NCBI GenBank assembly: GCA_965153455.1
Contig: OZ234493.1
Span: 8,050,213 to 8,114,212, forward strand
DNA length: 64,000 nucleotides
Direction of reading: 5' to 3'
From: Sphagnum compactum
Taxonomy: Eukaryota
Both the position numbers and the translations under genes were made by a program. The notes beneath the pieces were generated by a model, which was given only the letters and a program-made list of their open reading frames with translations, did not search any database and had not been told where the DNA came from. Positions 1 to 13,569 of this stretch are shown piece after piece; the stretch's first letter is position 1, and the number at the start of each line of letters is the position of its first letter.

Positions 1-1460
1 CACCAATTGCAAAAACTCTTCCTATGATATAACACAATACCAATTGCTTTTGTAGTTTTTTTGGTCATTAGTGACATTTGTGCAACTCATATCATTGCAC
101 TTAGGCACTCACAACTTGATGGTCAAGTTGGGCCTTAAATAGTGGTGAATTTTACAATGAACCTTTTTATTGACTATACAATAACATATATGCAAAACAT
201 TATGTATTAGTTCCAACTTGAAAACAAAACACTAAAAATAAAATTAAAACCAACAACTTATCAGGGTCAAAGATGAAAATCAATTATGTCACCTTCCATT
301 CACTATTACAAAGAAAACATGTTAAACAATTGTTAAAACATTTTGTCTCACTACTAATGCCTGACACTTCATTTTGAATGATTCACTACAAAATGGACTA
401 CAACAAAAACACATTTTCTGGACTTACCAACAACAATATGTCAATCTCTTCAACAAACACAAATGTAAAAAATAGGGGTTGAAGATCATTATTGTTATTG
501 TTGGTTTAAATATGTAATAAGGGTGAACTTCTCTAAGGTCTTGTTAAGTACATGTGATTTCAAGCTAGTTGGCATTTGTAAACTTCAACAAAGTCAATGT
601 TTTTTATATCCTATGTTAATTGAAATAACAACATTAGTAAACCATTTCAAAATATAGTCAAAATTTGATCAAATTTGGGTAATGTCCAAGATGCCAATTT
701 TGAAGTCCAAAACATGAAACAAATTGCAATATGAGATGGTGGAAATTCAAATTGATTTTTTCTCGGTAACTAGGGAGGTCAAAATTATGTACTTGGCTAA
801 TAAAACTAGAGACTTTCAAGACCTTTTGGAAGTAAAAGGCACACCCATCATCCTTTATCTTTTCCAAAGTCTAGCTTAGTGATTTCAATGTTTTTTTTCA
901 ACCATTGCCACTAAATCAAATAAAGTCTCTAGAACCCCATCCCCCCCGCCATCCCAACTACAAACAAGTTCAATTTGTTTCATCAACCATAATCAAACAC
1001 CATGAAATTGTTATATAATTTCACAAACATATAAAGGAAAATTCGCTCTTCCCAAGTAGTTGATGTCAGCCTCCAATAGTATAAACACCACCACAACTAT
1101 TACAAATACAATTGCCACAACCCATAAGGAAATTTGCTCCAATCCCATTTCTTTTTGTCTTTCTCAAACTCTATTTGTTCCTCCTCTTTTCCTTTATATT
1201 GTCTTGGACGTCTCAACATTCAAAATCTTCTTCCATTGTTTCTAATCCATGGTTTTGTTTCAAAACCCATAAAAACTCAAAGTTTTTTGTTCCAATGTTG
1301 TTGATGTGAATCATCATTTTAAGTTTCAAAAACCATGATCATTTTCAAATCTACATTCTTACTAAACTTTAAATTGTTTTATTACATGACATTCTTTCTT
1401 AGATCAATCTACCTACATACTTTTTTTTTTGTTTCCAGCAAAGTTCTTGGGGTCGTTGAT
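1..1460 (-). mobile_element. Highly degenerate hAT-like transposase remnant
   Basis: Broken minus-strand frames give 'VEEI..SPENV', 'VAQ.VTND.KNYK' and 'EKIKDDGC', reminiscent of the hAT DUF659 motif EEIGxENVVQIVTDNAxNYK. Many stops and frameshifts. Confidence 0.3.
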
Positions 1461-2767
1461 CCCGCTTCCATAGTTTTTTCACAACAACAAATAAATTCTA
1501 CAATAGGATGTGGATTTTGAAACTAGGAGACAAACATTTGAAACACACACCCAAACATGTTAAAAAGCAAGAAATCCCACCACAAAGCAAAAAATCAGCC
1601 ATGAGATGCTTGATGCGATTTCTCACTAGATCATTAAATCAAGTAAAAACACATATTGGAAAAAAAAAAAGTCTTCATGGATGAAAAAAGAAAATTACAT
1701 TAATTTCACCTTAACAACTTTGAATAAACATCAAAAAGTCCACAAGCAACATCTTCTATTTTTCCTTCACAAATATCTCTCTTTTGCTAGTATTTCAAAT
1801 TTTGGCACAAAGGGGTTTCACAAATTACACAACCAAGGGAAAGAAAACTATTTTTTTCTTCATGGGTCTAGTAAATTTGCACAACTCAAATGGAGAAAAA
1901 AAATTCTTGAAACTAATTCTTCATTTACCTAATTATGGGAAAAAATCATGTTCCAAACATATGTGAAAGTTTGTTTTTTGTGACTTCCTTTTGTAGGAAA
2001 TGGACGATCATTTCCAATCTCCATCTCTAATTGCAGTTTCATCTCCATCTCATCTATATTTCAAACTCCATCTCCATTTCATTTACAATTTTGATTTTGA
2101 AGAAAATATTTATAACTAATCAACCAGCAAAAACCCATGAATTTTTCTAAAGAAGCTCCAAAAAAGTATTGTTATTATTGTTTCTTTGGTGAAATTCAAG
2201 ATCCCAATTAGGGCTGCAATAATCAAGTTTGAAATCATCTATGTCCCAATCTGGCTTTCCACCTCTTTATGTTTGTTCCACACAATAGTCAAACCCAAGA
2301 AAAAAAACTCCATAGAATCAATTCAAAAAAGTAGATGTAGGGTCCAATTTCCAACAATCATTAGTTAACCTTGGCATTCATGTCCCTTTTCAATCGAAAT
2401 GAAAGCACTTTATGTGAAATACCTAGAGGTCCAACATTTCCAAAAGGTCTTGAAAGTCTCTAGTTTTATATAGCCAAGTACATAATTTGACCTCCCTAGT
2501 TACTAAGAAAAAATCAATTTGAATTTCCACCATCTCATATTGCAATTTGTTTCATGCTTTGGACTTCAAAATTGGCATCTTGGACATTACCCAAATTTGA
2601 TCAAATTTTGACTATATTTTGAAGTGGTTTACTAATGTCGTTATTTCAATTAACATAGGATATAAAAAACATTGACTTTGTTGAAGTTTACAATGCCAAC
2701 TAGCTTGAAATCACATGTACTTAACAAGACCTTAGAGAAGTTCACCCTTATTACATATTTAAACCAA
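501..2767. repeat. Long inverted repeat (arms 501-831 and 2438-2767)
   Basis: 2438-2767 is the near-exact reverse complement of 501-831 (e.g. ttggtttaaatatgtaataagggtgaactt / aagttcacccttattacatatttaaaccaa), with only a few SNPs/indels and a spacer of about 1.6 kb. Confidence 0.95.
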
Positions 2768-4444
2768 TGACAAGTGGCCTTGAAGGAATGCAATTGCACT
2801 TTGTCTATCCAATAATAACATCAAGGCATTAAGTTTGGATCATCATTCAACCTATAAATGGCCTACATGTATGTTAATTTATGTGTGGTTTGCATCAAAA
2901 TCATGCAAATTTGAATTTAACACATTGGTTTCAATTATTTGATGATCATTGTATCCCTTTCCATCATCATCAAAAACACCTTTTTTCCCCTTAATTGGAC
3001 ATGTGTTCCAAGCAAAACCGTTTCAAAGACCTTTTATTTTGCTTTTATTTTTTGCATTTTATCAATAATTGGTCTAAAACTTCCTTCAAATCTTGTTTAC
3101 TAGTGCACTTATGTAGGTGTGTAGTTGTTGATTCCTTGTTGGGCCGAATTATGATTCTGGATTTGGTATATAAGTCTACCCCATGGTTTTGCATCATATG
3201 TCATGGGCTAATATCTTTTGCTCATAAAAAAGAACACTAAATGTTCCCCCAATGAACTTGAATGATGTTTCAACTCTTGCAATTTTATTTTTATTAATAT
3301 GTAAAAGCAAAGCAAGCTTGCAATATTATTGTTTGATTGAGCTATTATCAATTAATTGATCCACCTATAATCAACAAAAAAGAATGGATTAAAGTAAAGA
3401 ACCTTGATTCCATTCACAATCTTGGAGCGTAGTTCAATTATCAAAGTGTCAATTGATCACCTTCAACATCAAAAGCAAGATGTATCATATACGACCTATA
3501 AATGGCCTACATATATTCAAAGCAAAAGAGATAAGGAAAAATTTAAAAATACAAACAAATAAATTTATTCTTCATGAAAAAAAAGAGTTCATGATTTCAA
3601 ACTTCAATAATGGTTTTGCTCCTAAATTTGTCAATGATGATACATAGACAATAACTATAACAATGTTGGTGTTATGATATAATATCAAATTGAAGTTCAA
3701 CATGTGTAGACATGTGAATGAGAAGTAGAAAGAGATAAAATTTTGAAGCACATTTTGCTAAACTAAAAATGAAGAAGGGAGTAATGCATTACGCACCTCA
3801 AAGATTCCATACCAATTTATCTCATTGACCACTATTTGCAATGTGAACATCAACAATTGCTTACATTTTATTCAACACTTGTAGTTCTTGCAACACTTGC
3901 ACCTTAATAAAATAAAATAAAAACTCCTAAAAAATCACACATTAAAAACTTCCTTTTTGTAATTTATTTTGCCCAAACTGAAGTTCCTTGTTGCATTCCA
4001 TTTGGATGATTGTTTTCCAAACTTCTAATTCTAGAATCCTTTCTAAGATGAATTCACCAAAAACAACTAACTTTCTAGGAGTTCACAAAAAATAACAAGC
4101 TTTTAAAAATAAAATAAAATTAATAAGAACAAAAAAACAAGGCAATCAATTAGTTAGGGTCAAAGGAATAGAAAGTGAACATGACACTGATGGCAACTAA
4201 AGTTACCAAGATTCAAGGCCTTATAAAAGACATTATCAAAGTCTTGGCTAATAAATTTTTATTTTAAAAAAATATATAAGGGGAAAAAAACCCATTGGCA
4301 CAATAATGAACCAATAAGAGAGCAAATCAATGCCTTGATAGTTGATAATATGCATATATGCTACTATTTCTTCCCAATGCATACAAGATGATTTGATTTA
4401 AAGAAAACACATGGATTTTTTCATCTATTGAATAATACCTTCCT

Positions 4445-4930
4445 TTCACAAAAAATCACACAAAATTTGTTTTCAAACTTCAATATCGTTTCCTCTCAAA
4501 ACATTAATCAATCTAACTTATCATTATCTTATATATATATCCAAGATAATAAAACACCTACTATGTTGATCTTTTTCTCACAAAATTACAATTCATCCCT
4601 CAAAATTGTTTCCAAACTTTGTCCTTGTTAATTTTTTGTCAAAGCACTAATCAATCTAAAATATCACATTTTTTAATAGAAAATTAAAAAATCCAACAGA
4701 ATAGGTGCACCTCCTCTACCTATCTTTCTTTATTTGTCACAAAATTATAAATCAATGTTTCAAAATTGTTTCTAAACTTTGTTTTCATTTTCTCTCAAAA
4801 CACTAACCAATTTAAACTATTTTTCTTTCTTCTATAAAAAAGATAAAAATCCAATAGAGTAGAGCACTTCGTCTATTGGTATTTCTTTTTCTATCACAAA
4901 ATTACAAATTATTGTCAATGACTTAGTTTC
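4445..4930. repeat. Degenerate tandem repeat (about 3 units of 130-160 bp)
   Basis: Recurring cacaaaatta(c/t)aa...caaaattgttt(c/t)aaacttt...cactaa(t/c)caat(c/t)taaa blocks. Confidence 0.6.
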
Positions 4931-7900
4931 AAATCTTACTTGACCTCACACATGCAACATTCAAATTTTAAAAATACTTGAAAAGAAAAAGAAAACATTA
5001 GTGGTTTTGAATTTGGTTTCATGTTAAATTGATGATGGATCACATGCACCTTAACATGTGCTTCAAGATCACGAAGTCAAATGAAGTTTACATTGTATAA
5101 ATTAGTTCCAAAGTCATGGAATTTAAACAAGGGTGGGGCATGAGATGACATAAGCATAGTCCAAAACTTGAAGTTTTTATCAAAAGTCACCAATCTAACA
5201 AGTTAGCTTAATTGTGTACCATTTGATTTCACAAGAATGTATATTTTGTCATTTAGTTTAATGACTTGGGCAAGAGATCAGAAGTGTATTGCTTATGCTA
5301 CAAATACTACCTATAATCTCTTACACAATTTACTTTGGGTTTCTTGCATACACAACACTACTAAATCAACCATCCATGTTGAATTTACATGGATGAAGGT
5401 ATGAATCATGTACTTTATATATATGGAGTGTAACTTGAATGTGTAATGGATACTCATCATGCTTGACTCACAATTTATCTTTGGTTTAACAACATAAATA
5501 GTTGAAAGCTAGAAGGAAAAAGTTAAAGGAACTATAAGATGACATTGTAGTTGTATAATTTACACCTCACAATAAACATGGAAAGCTCTTGATGGCCAAA
5601 TGTTGCACACTTTAGGAGGACAATGTTAATATTCATTATGAAGTTTTAAAAGGAAAGGTTAGTTGTCAAGCACATATTTGTTGATTCAATTAATTTTTGA
5701 TATTGGCCTTCACAATTTAACATGCATATGAATTCCCAAGCTTGATTGGTGCAAGTTGTGGGTTGTAGGAGTTACATGATTTAGGGACTAGGTCAACAAT
5801 GACAAAATCTTTCAATGTGGAACTCAAGAGATGTAATCAAGGTATAAATGCATTTCTTTTCACATTCATTTGCAAGTCATTGTTCATAGTCTAACCATTT
5901 GTAAGGAAACCTTAATCAAGCTCAAATAAAGTTTTGAATGATTTTATCACATCATGTGCATTCACTTTAGGAGTTCGAATAATCAATAGATGAATATGAT
6001 GTGTGGTGTTCAATAAAAGTATATCAACCTTAAAGGACACATGCATGAGATATAATGTAAGTGCATTTGTACTTCTTTCATGTGGACCTTTCAAACTACT
6101 ATGTGAATAAGGGTTTCAATACGTGCCTTTGGATGTTATACATTCAATATCAAATTTCATGGGATTGTGCATTGTAGCTACAATTAACATTTGGTCCACC
6201 TTGGACAACCACATAATTGTATACCTTGGTGAATTTGGCGTAAATTTAACTATTTTTTGAAATTTTTGAAATTTTTAGAAATCTTTAGTCATTTATGACG
6301 GTTTCTTTAAAATTTTATTAACAGGCAAAGGGTAGTTAAATTTGATCCCCAAACCTCCAAAGTAAAGAAAGTCATATAGAAACAACATGAACACAAAACA
6401 ACAAACATTTATTAAAGATAAATGAACTTACAATGAATTTATTACTTACTATTGAAATTTTCAAAATTAAAACTTTGATGTTGAATTAAAAATAAAAAGT
6501 TAAATTAATTATTTGGCACACAAGTGCCAAGTATGTTCGAATATTATGATAATATTTTGGTGAAGTTGATGATTTTTGGTGATGCTTTTGGTGATATGTA
6601 AATCTATATAGTTTATGTGCCAACATTAAGTTTTGGATTTGTAAACACAATGTTGAAGAATAAATGAACCCAATCTTATTGAATTCTTCTATCACATTTT
6701 TTGCTAAAATCCCATGATTACAATTTGACAACTTTAGTAAATGTTGTGAGTTTTTGTGTTTTCTCAAGGTTACTAAAGAAAAATATTTTATTATATTTAT
6801 CTATTTGATGCACATAATTTATTTATTTAGTTTCATTACCATATTTTCTTACATTGGGTCAAAACATAGTCAAAGGAGTCACAAAGGGCGTTGGATGTTA
6901 GATTCTATCATAAAAAACTAGAGATTTATTTATCTTTTGCCATTTGAAACCATGGTAATCATGACACATTATTTCTTTTTAACACATATGAATGTCAAGA
7001 AACTCAAATTTAAAATCTATTTGACCCAATTTGAAGTTTTGGTTTAGTTAAGAACTTTTGAAAGTGAAAAATTTTGTCATTAAAAAAAGACATTTTTACA
7101 AAGAACTGTCAAAGGACTCATATAACAAAATAAGTTGATGGTAAAAAATATGAAATGATAATAACCTATTCGACACACTAAAAAAACATTTACAATTTTA
7201 AAAATGTGGAATTCTAAAACTTTGAAAATTCAAAGTATGTACATTTTAAAAATTCAAAAATTTAAGAGTGTTCTACCACATATAAATGGGGTATAATGTA
7301 CATGATGTATAAAAAAAAATTAAAAAATTATATTACATTAAATTCAACTTTAAAAAATTGAAGTTTTTTTGGTATGATTTCAAATGAACATCAACTTTCA
7401 ACATGAAACATAGAATCTACAATGAATATATACACACTTTTACAATTCATATTTATTAAAAAATGATTCTTTTATTTATTTTTACTTATTGGGGCAATTC
7501 TAACCATTTTTCATAACAAATTGCCAAAAAAATCATTCAAAATATAATTTGTACAAAAAAGTTATTTTGGTGAGAAATGACATGCATTATTAATAAAGTA
7601 ACGCTTGTAGTTCCTTTGATCTCATTTTGACCCCATTACATTCAATAATTTCAAAAAAATAAAATTCTACTTACATGTAATGCAAAAATTGAATAATACT
7701 GAACTTTTTTGTTCCTAAATTTATATTATAAAAAATAAAATGATAATTTTCAAACCTAAATTGATTAATAAATCATTTGAAAATTTTTAATTGAACAAAA
7801 ATTTTCTTGTTGTTATATGGTTGTGATCATGTTTTGGACTTATTAAATATTTGTTGAGGTGTAATATTATTTCCCTGAATAGTAGGAAAATAATATGCAA

Positions 7901-8611
7901 TATTTGAAACAATGTTTTAATTGTTTAAAATATATATACCAAAAACATGGCTCCAATTGATAAAAGTTGAAATTTTCATTATTTTATCATGTTATGAGTA
8001 TTATGGTACAATGATGGTGCATGACATAAAATGATTTCATCACACCATTAAATATGCACATATGAAGGGATTCATTTAATTTAAATATTTGAAAAGCATT
8101 ACATGTTGTATCAACTTATAAACTACCACAATATAATTAAAAGGTTCCTTTTTCATATTGAATAGGTGTTACATCACTATTAGGAAATGCGTCCTAGTTC
8201 ACTATGGGTTTCACTAGATTTTTGAGTGAATTTGGACAATTTTACCTAGTGAAATTGTTTAACCCCCTAGTGAACAGGGACTAGTTGTTACGGACAATGA
8301 CTTGTTTCACTAGTACCTAGTGAAACAAAGTTTTTCTCAAGTGAAATACAAATTTATCAAACCATTCACTTGCTAGTTAATTAATTAACCAGTATGAAAA
8401 TTAATTAAATTTTAATTATTTAATATATAATATTATTGATAATTTCATGATTTTTAAAAGCCTATTAGTTATTGACACGTGTCACTACCTACGCTAGGTT
8501 AAAAACCTAAACTAGGTAGGTAGCTAGGCCACGTAATCAATCTAGGCACCTAACCTAAAAATTTCATAGGAGAATATTCGATCAACATACCATTGTTGAC
8601 CACACACAACA

Positions 8612-8678
8612 CCACCCAGGAGGTTCGATCCCTGGACCTTTGGAATGGGGGCGAACACCTTTATCATCAAACCACCCC
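8612..8678 (-). pseudogene. tRNA-derived (SINE-head-like) relic
   Basis: Minus strand ggggtggtttgatgataaagg...ggtccagggatcgaacctcctggg has A-box-like and B-box/T-arm-like motifs at tRNA spacing but no intact cloverleaf. Confidence 0.4.
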
Positions 8679-9489
8679 ATTTGTTGTGACAATATGTTGC
8701 ATTACATTCTTATTTATCAAATACTTTATTTTAAACATTACAAAAACATAAACTTTGAAAATTCATATCTTATTGAGATTTTGTTCAAATAAAATGATTC
8801 AAGTTTACTTTTTTAAAATATTCAATAATGTACATAATTACATTTATTTCCTTTCGAAAGTTTAAAATCATTTGAACAAAACAAAAGTTGAATATCATTA
8901 TTCAATAACATTTAAATGACCATTCTTTTGAAAAAAAAAAGTTCAGTAAATGGATTTCTTTTTGTTAATATAATAATACTACCTATGTTAAATTACTTTC
9001 AATTATTATATGACTATTTTTCATTAATTTAAATTATTTCACCCTACATCATTTATGACTATTTATGGCTATTCTAAATTACTTTTGGTTATTTTTGGCT
9101 ATTTCACCCTAGGATACTTTTGGTTATTTTTAGTTATTTTTGGCTATTTTAACTTATTTCACCTTAGGCTATTTTCAGTTATTGTAAATTTTTTTGCTAT
9201 TCTATGTTATTTGTGGCCATTGTAGATTATTTCAATTTAAACTACTTGTAGTTATTATAAATTATTTTTGGTTATTTTAACTTATTTCACCTTAAAGTAT
9301 TTTCAGCTATTGTAAGTTTTTTTGTCTATTCTATGTTTTTTTGGCTATTGTAAATTATTTCAATTTAGACTACTTGTAGTTATTATAAGTTACTTTTGGC
9401 TATTGAAAATTATTTCACCTTAAGTTATTTTCGTTTATTATAAATTATTTCACCTTAGATTATTTTTGGCAATCCTAAGCAATTATAAT

Positions 9490-10640
9490 ATATGGCTATT
9501 GGTTATTCTTTTATTAGTGCTATTAGTGATTATTAATGGCTGTTAGTACTTATTCTATTTGTGGCTATTAATGTTTTTTAGTGGTTATTCTATTAATAGT
9601 TATTGGTGGTTATTCTATTAATGGCCATTAGTAGTTATTCTATTGGTGGCTATTCGTGGTTATTCTATTGGTGGCTATTGGTGCCTATTATATGACTGGT
9701 GGTGCTATTATATTAATGGCTATTGGTGGTTATTCTATTAATGGCTACTGGTGGCTATTCTATTAATGGCTACTGGTGGTTATTCTATTAATGGCTACTG
9801 GTGGCTATTCTATTAATGGCTACTGGTGGCTATTCTATTAATGGCTATTGGTGGCTATTCTATTAATGGCTATTGGTGGTTATTCTATTAATGGTTACTG
9901 GTGGCTATTCTATTAATGGCTACTAGTGGCTTTTCTATTAATGGCTACTTGTGGCTATTCTATTAATGGTTATTGGTGGCTTTTTTATTAATGGTTACTT
10001 GTGGCTATTCTATTAATGGCTATTTGTGATTAATGTCTTAATGGTTATTGGTGGTTATTCTATTAATGGTTAATCATGGTTAATCATGGTTAATGTATTA
10101 ATGGCTATTGGTGGTTATTATATTAATGGTTAATCATGGTTAATGTATTAATGGTTATTCATGGTTAATGTATTAATGGCTATTGGTGGCTATTCTATTA
10201 ATGGTTATTTGTGATTAATGTATTAATGGCTATTGGTGGTTATTCTATTAATGGTTATTCATGGTTAATGTATTAATGGTTATTGGTGGTTATTTTATTA
10301 ATGGCTATTAGTGGTTATTCTATTAATGGCTATTTGTGATTAATGTATTAATGGCTATTGGTGGTTATTCTATTAATGGTTATGCATGATTAATGTCTTA
10401 ATGGCTATTGGTGGTTATTCTACTAATGGCTATTCGTGATTAATTTATTAATGGCTATTGGTGGTTATTATATTAATGGCTATTGGTGGCTATTCTATTA
10501 ATGGTTATTAATGATTATTCCGTTGTAAGCCATTGGTGGTTATTTTATTTGTGGTTATTGATGGCTATTTTATTAATGGTTATTAATGGTTATTGTATTA
10601 TAAGTTATTGTTGGTTATTATATGTTATATTACAACTATT
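9490..10640. repeat. 25-bp minisatellite array inside the CACTA element
   Basis: Unit tattctattaatggcta(c/t)tggtgg(c/t), about 40 copies. Most homogeneous at 9720-9930, with variants further right. Confidence 0.95.
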
Positions 10641-11639
10641 GGTGATTATTGTATTATAAATTATTGTTTGATATTCTATGTTATAATATCATAGGCTATT
10701 GGTAGTTATTATATTGTAGGGCATTTAAAATTATTTTTCATAGGTTATTATTTTATATTTTAAAGTTATTATGCTTAGGATAAAATAATTTATAATAACA
10801 TTTAGTATAATGACCTTGAATAATTTAAAGTATAACTTGAAATACCATATATTAATTTTAAATAAAATAACCTAAGGTATAGCCTAAAATTAGTTGAATA
10901 ATTTAATTTTAAATAATTTAAAAGCTTATAATAAACTAGTTAAGATACTTTAAGGTAAAATAACATGTAATAATTTAGAGTACAATAATTTATAATAGCC
11001 TATAATAACATAAAATATAAGTTAGAATAACTAAAGTAGCTTAAAATAATATAAAGTATATCATAAAGTAACATAGATAGAATATTTTTAAAAACATAGA
11101 AATAAACCTATTTGCTATAGTAAATTGTAATAGTGAATTATGTTAACTAGAAATGAAAGATGATGGCTACATAGTGATATTATAATGAAATAACTTTCAT
11201 TAGGTGAAATCAGTAAAATGCAATGAAGTTATTTCACTTTTAAGGTCCCATAGTGATTTAAGCTAGTAAATTACACCCCACTTTGATAGTAGTGCATCAA
11301 AGTATTTCACTATTGATTTACAATTTGTATTAGGGATTTTGATATTTGGAAGAATTGGAACATTCTAAAAAAAATGTAACTTCAAGGTTTTTTCTGAATG
11401 TGCAACGACTTATAATTCATAAATAAATCATATACATATTAAGTTGCAATTCAAAACAATGTTGATGGGTATGCGCAAAGTATATTAGACATACCATGAA
11501 TTTGTATACATTGCATTTAGAGTATGTGATCATCTTTGGGCCCTATTTCATGTCCCTAATCTCAATATGATGTTTTCATGATAATAAACTTTGCATTTGT
11601 AATACTTGCATGCAAAAATCATGGCATGGCCTTCATGTA

Positions 11640-12038
11640 CTTTAAACTTTGTTTGTTTGTTTGTTTGTCATGTTAAATTCTCCTTGGTGCCTCTTGCCAC
11701 ACTTTTGATACCATTGGAAAACGCTTGATGAGTTGGTTGGTTTGGGGTAGGTTCATAATGTTTAAACCTATGATACGTAAGTTATTAAATGTTGAACAAT
11801 TTTGTTATTGAAAAGTTAATGAAATCAAAACTAAAAGTTTAAAGGAAATTCAAGCACACTATTAATATTAGTGGAAAGCCCTCAATGAATAAGATTTTAT
11901 GAAGGCGATTTTATAGTTTTTAGACTTAAGGTCTTGGAATTATTTAATTTTGAAATTGGAAATTCAATAAAAATTCAATAAATTGATAATTAAAATATTT
12001 AGAGTTCACACTTAGACCAATGACATAAACCACACTAG
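11640..12038 (+). mobile_element. Non-autonomous Helitron-like element
   Basis: Ends ...gttcacacttagaccaatgacataaaccacaCTAG|t (CTAG 12035-12038). Homologous to the reverse-strand copies at 13867-14742. Confidence 0.6.
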
Positions 12039-13569
12039 TCCACACTAAAATTTAAAATTGATTAAAAATGACCATGCCATCATCATCATGTCTATACATG
12101 TACATATGTCCAACTACATTTTTTATTTGCATATTTCATATACGTATAGGGAAGAAAGGCTAGTCATAGTACACTTAAAAACTCAGACAAACCATGTGAT
12201 CGAACTAGACCTTGGTTGTTTTTGGGGTTTAAAGATGGATTGTAAAAGAGATCATTGCACACCTACTACCTTTTAAATTGTTTGATTTGGTGCACAGATG
12301 CAAAATATATGGCTTTGGTAGCTTTTAGCCTCACTGCTTCAAAACCAATTTTTATTAATCAGCTTCTAGACCTATCTTCAAACAATGCAAACCTGGTAAA
12401 GGCACATACAACATCTAACACATGTTAGTAATCTATGCCATCACTAAACATTTTCATTTTCAAACTTATCAACATCCTTTGAAAGGACAAACACCTTTAT
12501 TCAATGGTTGATATTAACATTCAAAATATATAGGGCAACAAATGTTTAGTGATCGATACCCTAATTGTATGCTAAACCCTAAAATTTGACTGCTCTTTCG
12601 TGTGATGCCATTCCAAAACCTTAAACTCATGCCTCTCCTTTTTCCTCCTATTCCTTTTCGTTGCATGCCTATGTTCCTAATCAGGTTTGGCTCCTCTTTC
12701 TCCCTCTCGTCTCCCACTCAGTTCCTCTCTTTCCTTTTCATTTTTTGTTTCAGTTGCTCTTCATGCGAAAGGAAAAGTCCTTTCGGCTCCTTTTTCCCCC
12801 TCTCATCTCCTATTTCTGTCGTTTTTTAGGCGGTAGGAAAATTTGGGCTCCTCTCTCTCCTTCTCATTTCCTATTTCTGTTGCTATTCAAGTGGGAGGAA
12901 GATCCCGTTTGGCTCCTCTCTATTGGTTTCCCTTGCTCCTAGACACATGCTCTAAACATGCTCCTTTCCCAAATTTTGTGAATTATGTTCTAACTCTAGG
13001 TTTATGAAAATTAAAACTAACACATGTTTTGTTGTTGTAGGTGTTAACGCATTTTGCGGTTTCATGTGTTGGATTAAACCTCCTGGTGCCACTTCTAGTG
13101 AATCCACTAATAGAAAGCCCCCCTTTTTTAACAAAAATTTTCAACTACATGACATTTGCAACTATGTTTCAATTGGATTTTTAATTTTTAAATACAACTA
13201 TGGCAATTACCAATTAAGTTGACTCATTTATAATATTGGTATATAGTTGAAAACATTTTCAACTAGGTGGTCATTTGCCAAATATTCCCAGCATCAACAA
13301 TGTCTCCAAGTTGAACTTCCAACTATGTTGGTAAACAATGTGAAGCATGTTTCAACTAAAGGGTCATTTTGAAATATTCTTGGCATCTAAGGTTATTTAG
13401 TTGGCACATAGTGAAGACATTGACTAATGTTCAACTATTTTGGATGATAAAATGTACTAAAGGATGGATGAAATATAGTCCTGTTTGCAACTATCTCTTT
13501 CAACTAGGTTAAACAACTAATATGCAACTTTAATTTTATACATATAATATTGTAATAATTACTTAAAAT

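Larger units (their letters stand above)
8175..11294. mobile_element. Non-autonomous CACTA (En/Spm) DNA transposon
   Basis: cat|CACTATTAGGAAA at 8175 and TTTGATAGTAGTG|cat ending at 11294 give CACTA...TAGTG termini with a 3-bp TSD (CAT). Subterminal motifs (tttcactag/ctagtgaaa; cactatggg vs cccatagtg). No coding capacity. Confidence 0.85.

Noticed and set aside
1060-6770. Many 60-90-aa ORFs in AT-rich DNA
   Set aside because: They have TTG/GTG starts, biased composition and lie in TE debris, as expected for random ORFs.
9490-10640. Regular short repeats resembling a CRISPR array
   Set aside because: The units are contiguous with no unique spacers and there are no cas genes. It is a eukaryotic minisatellite.
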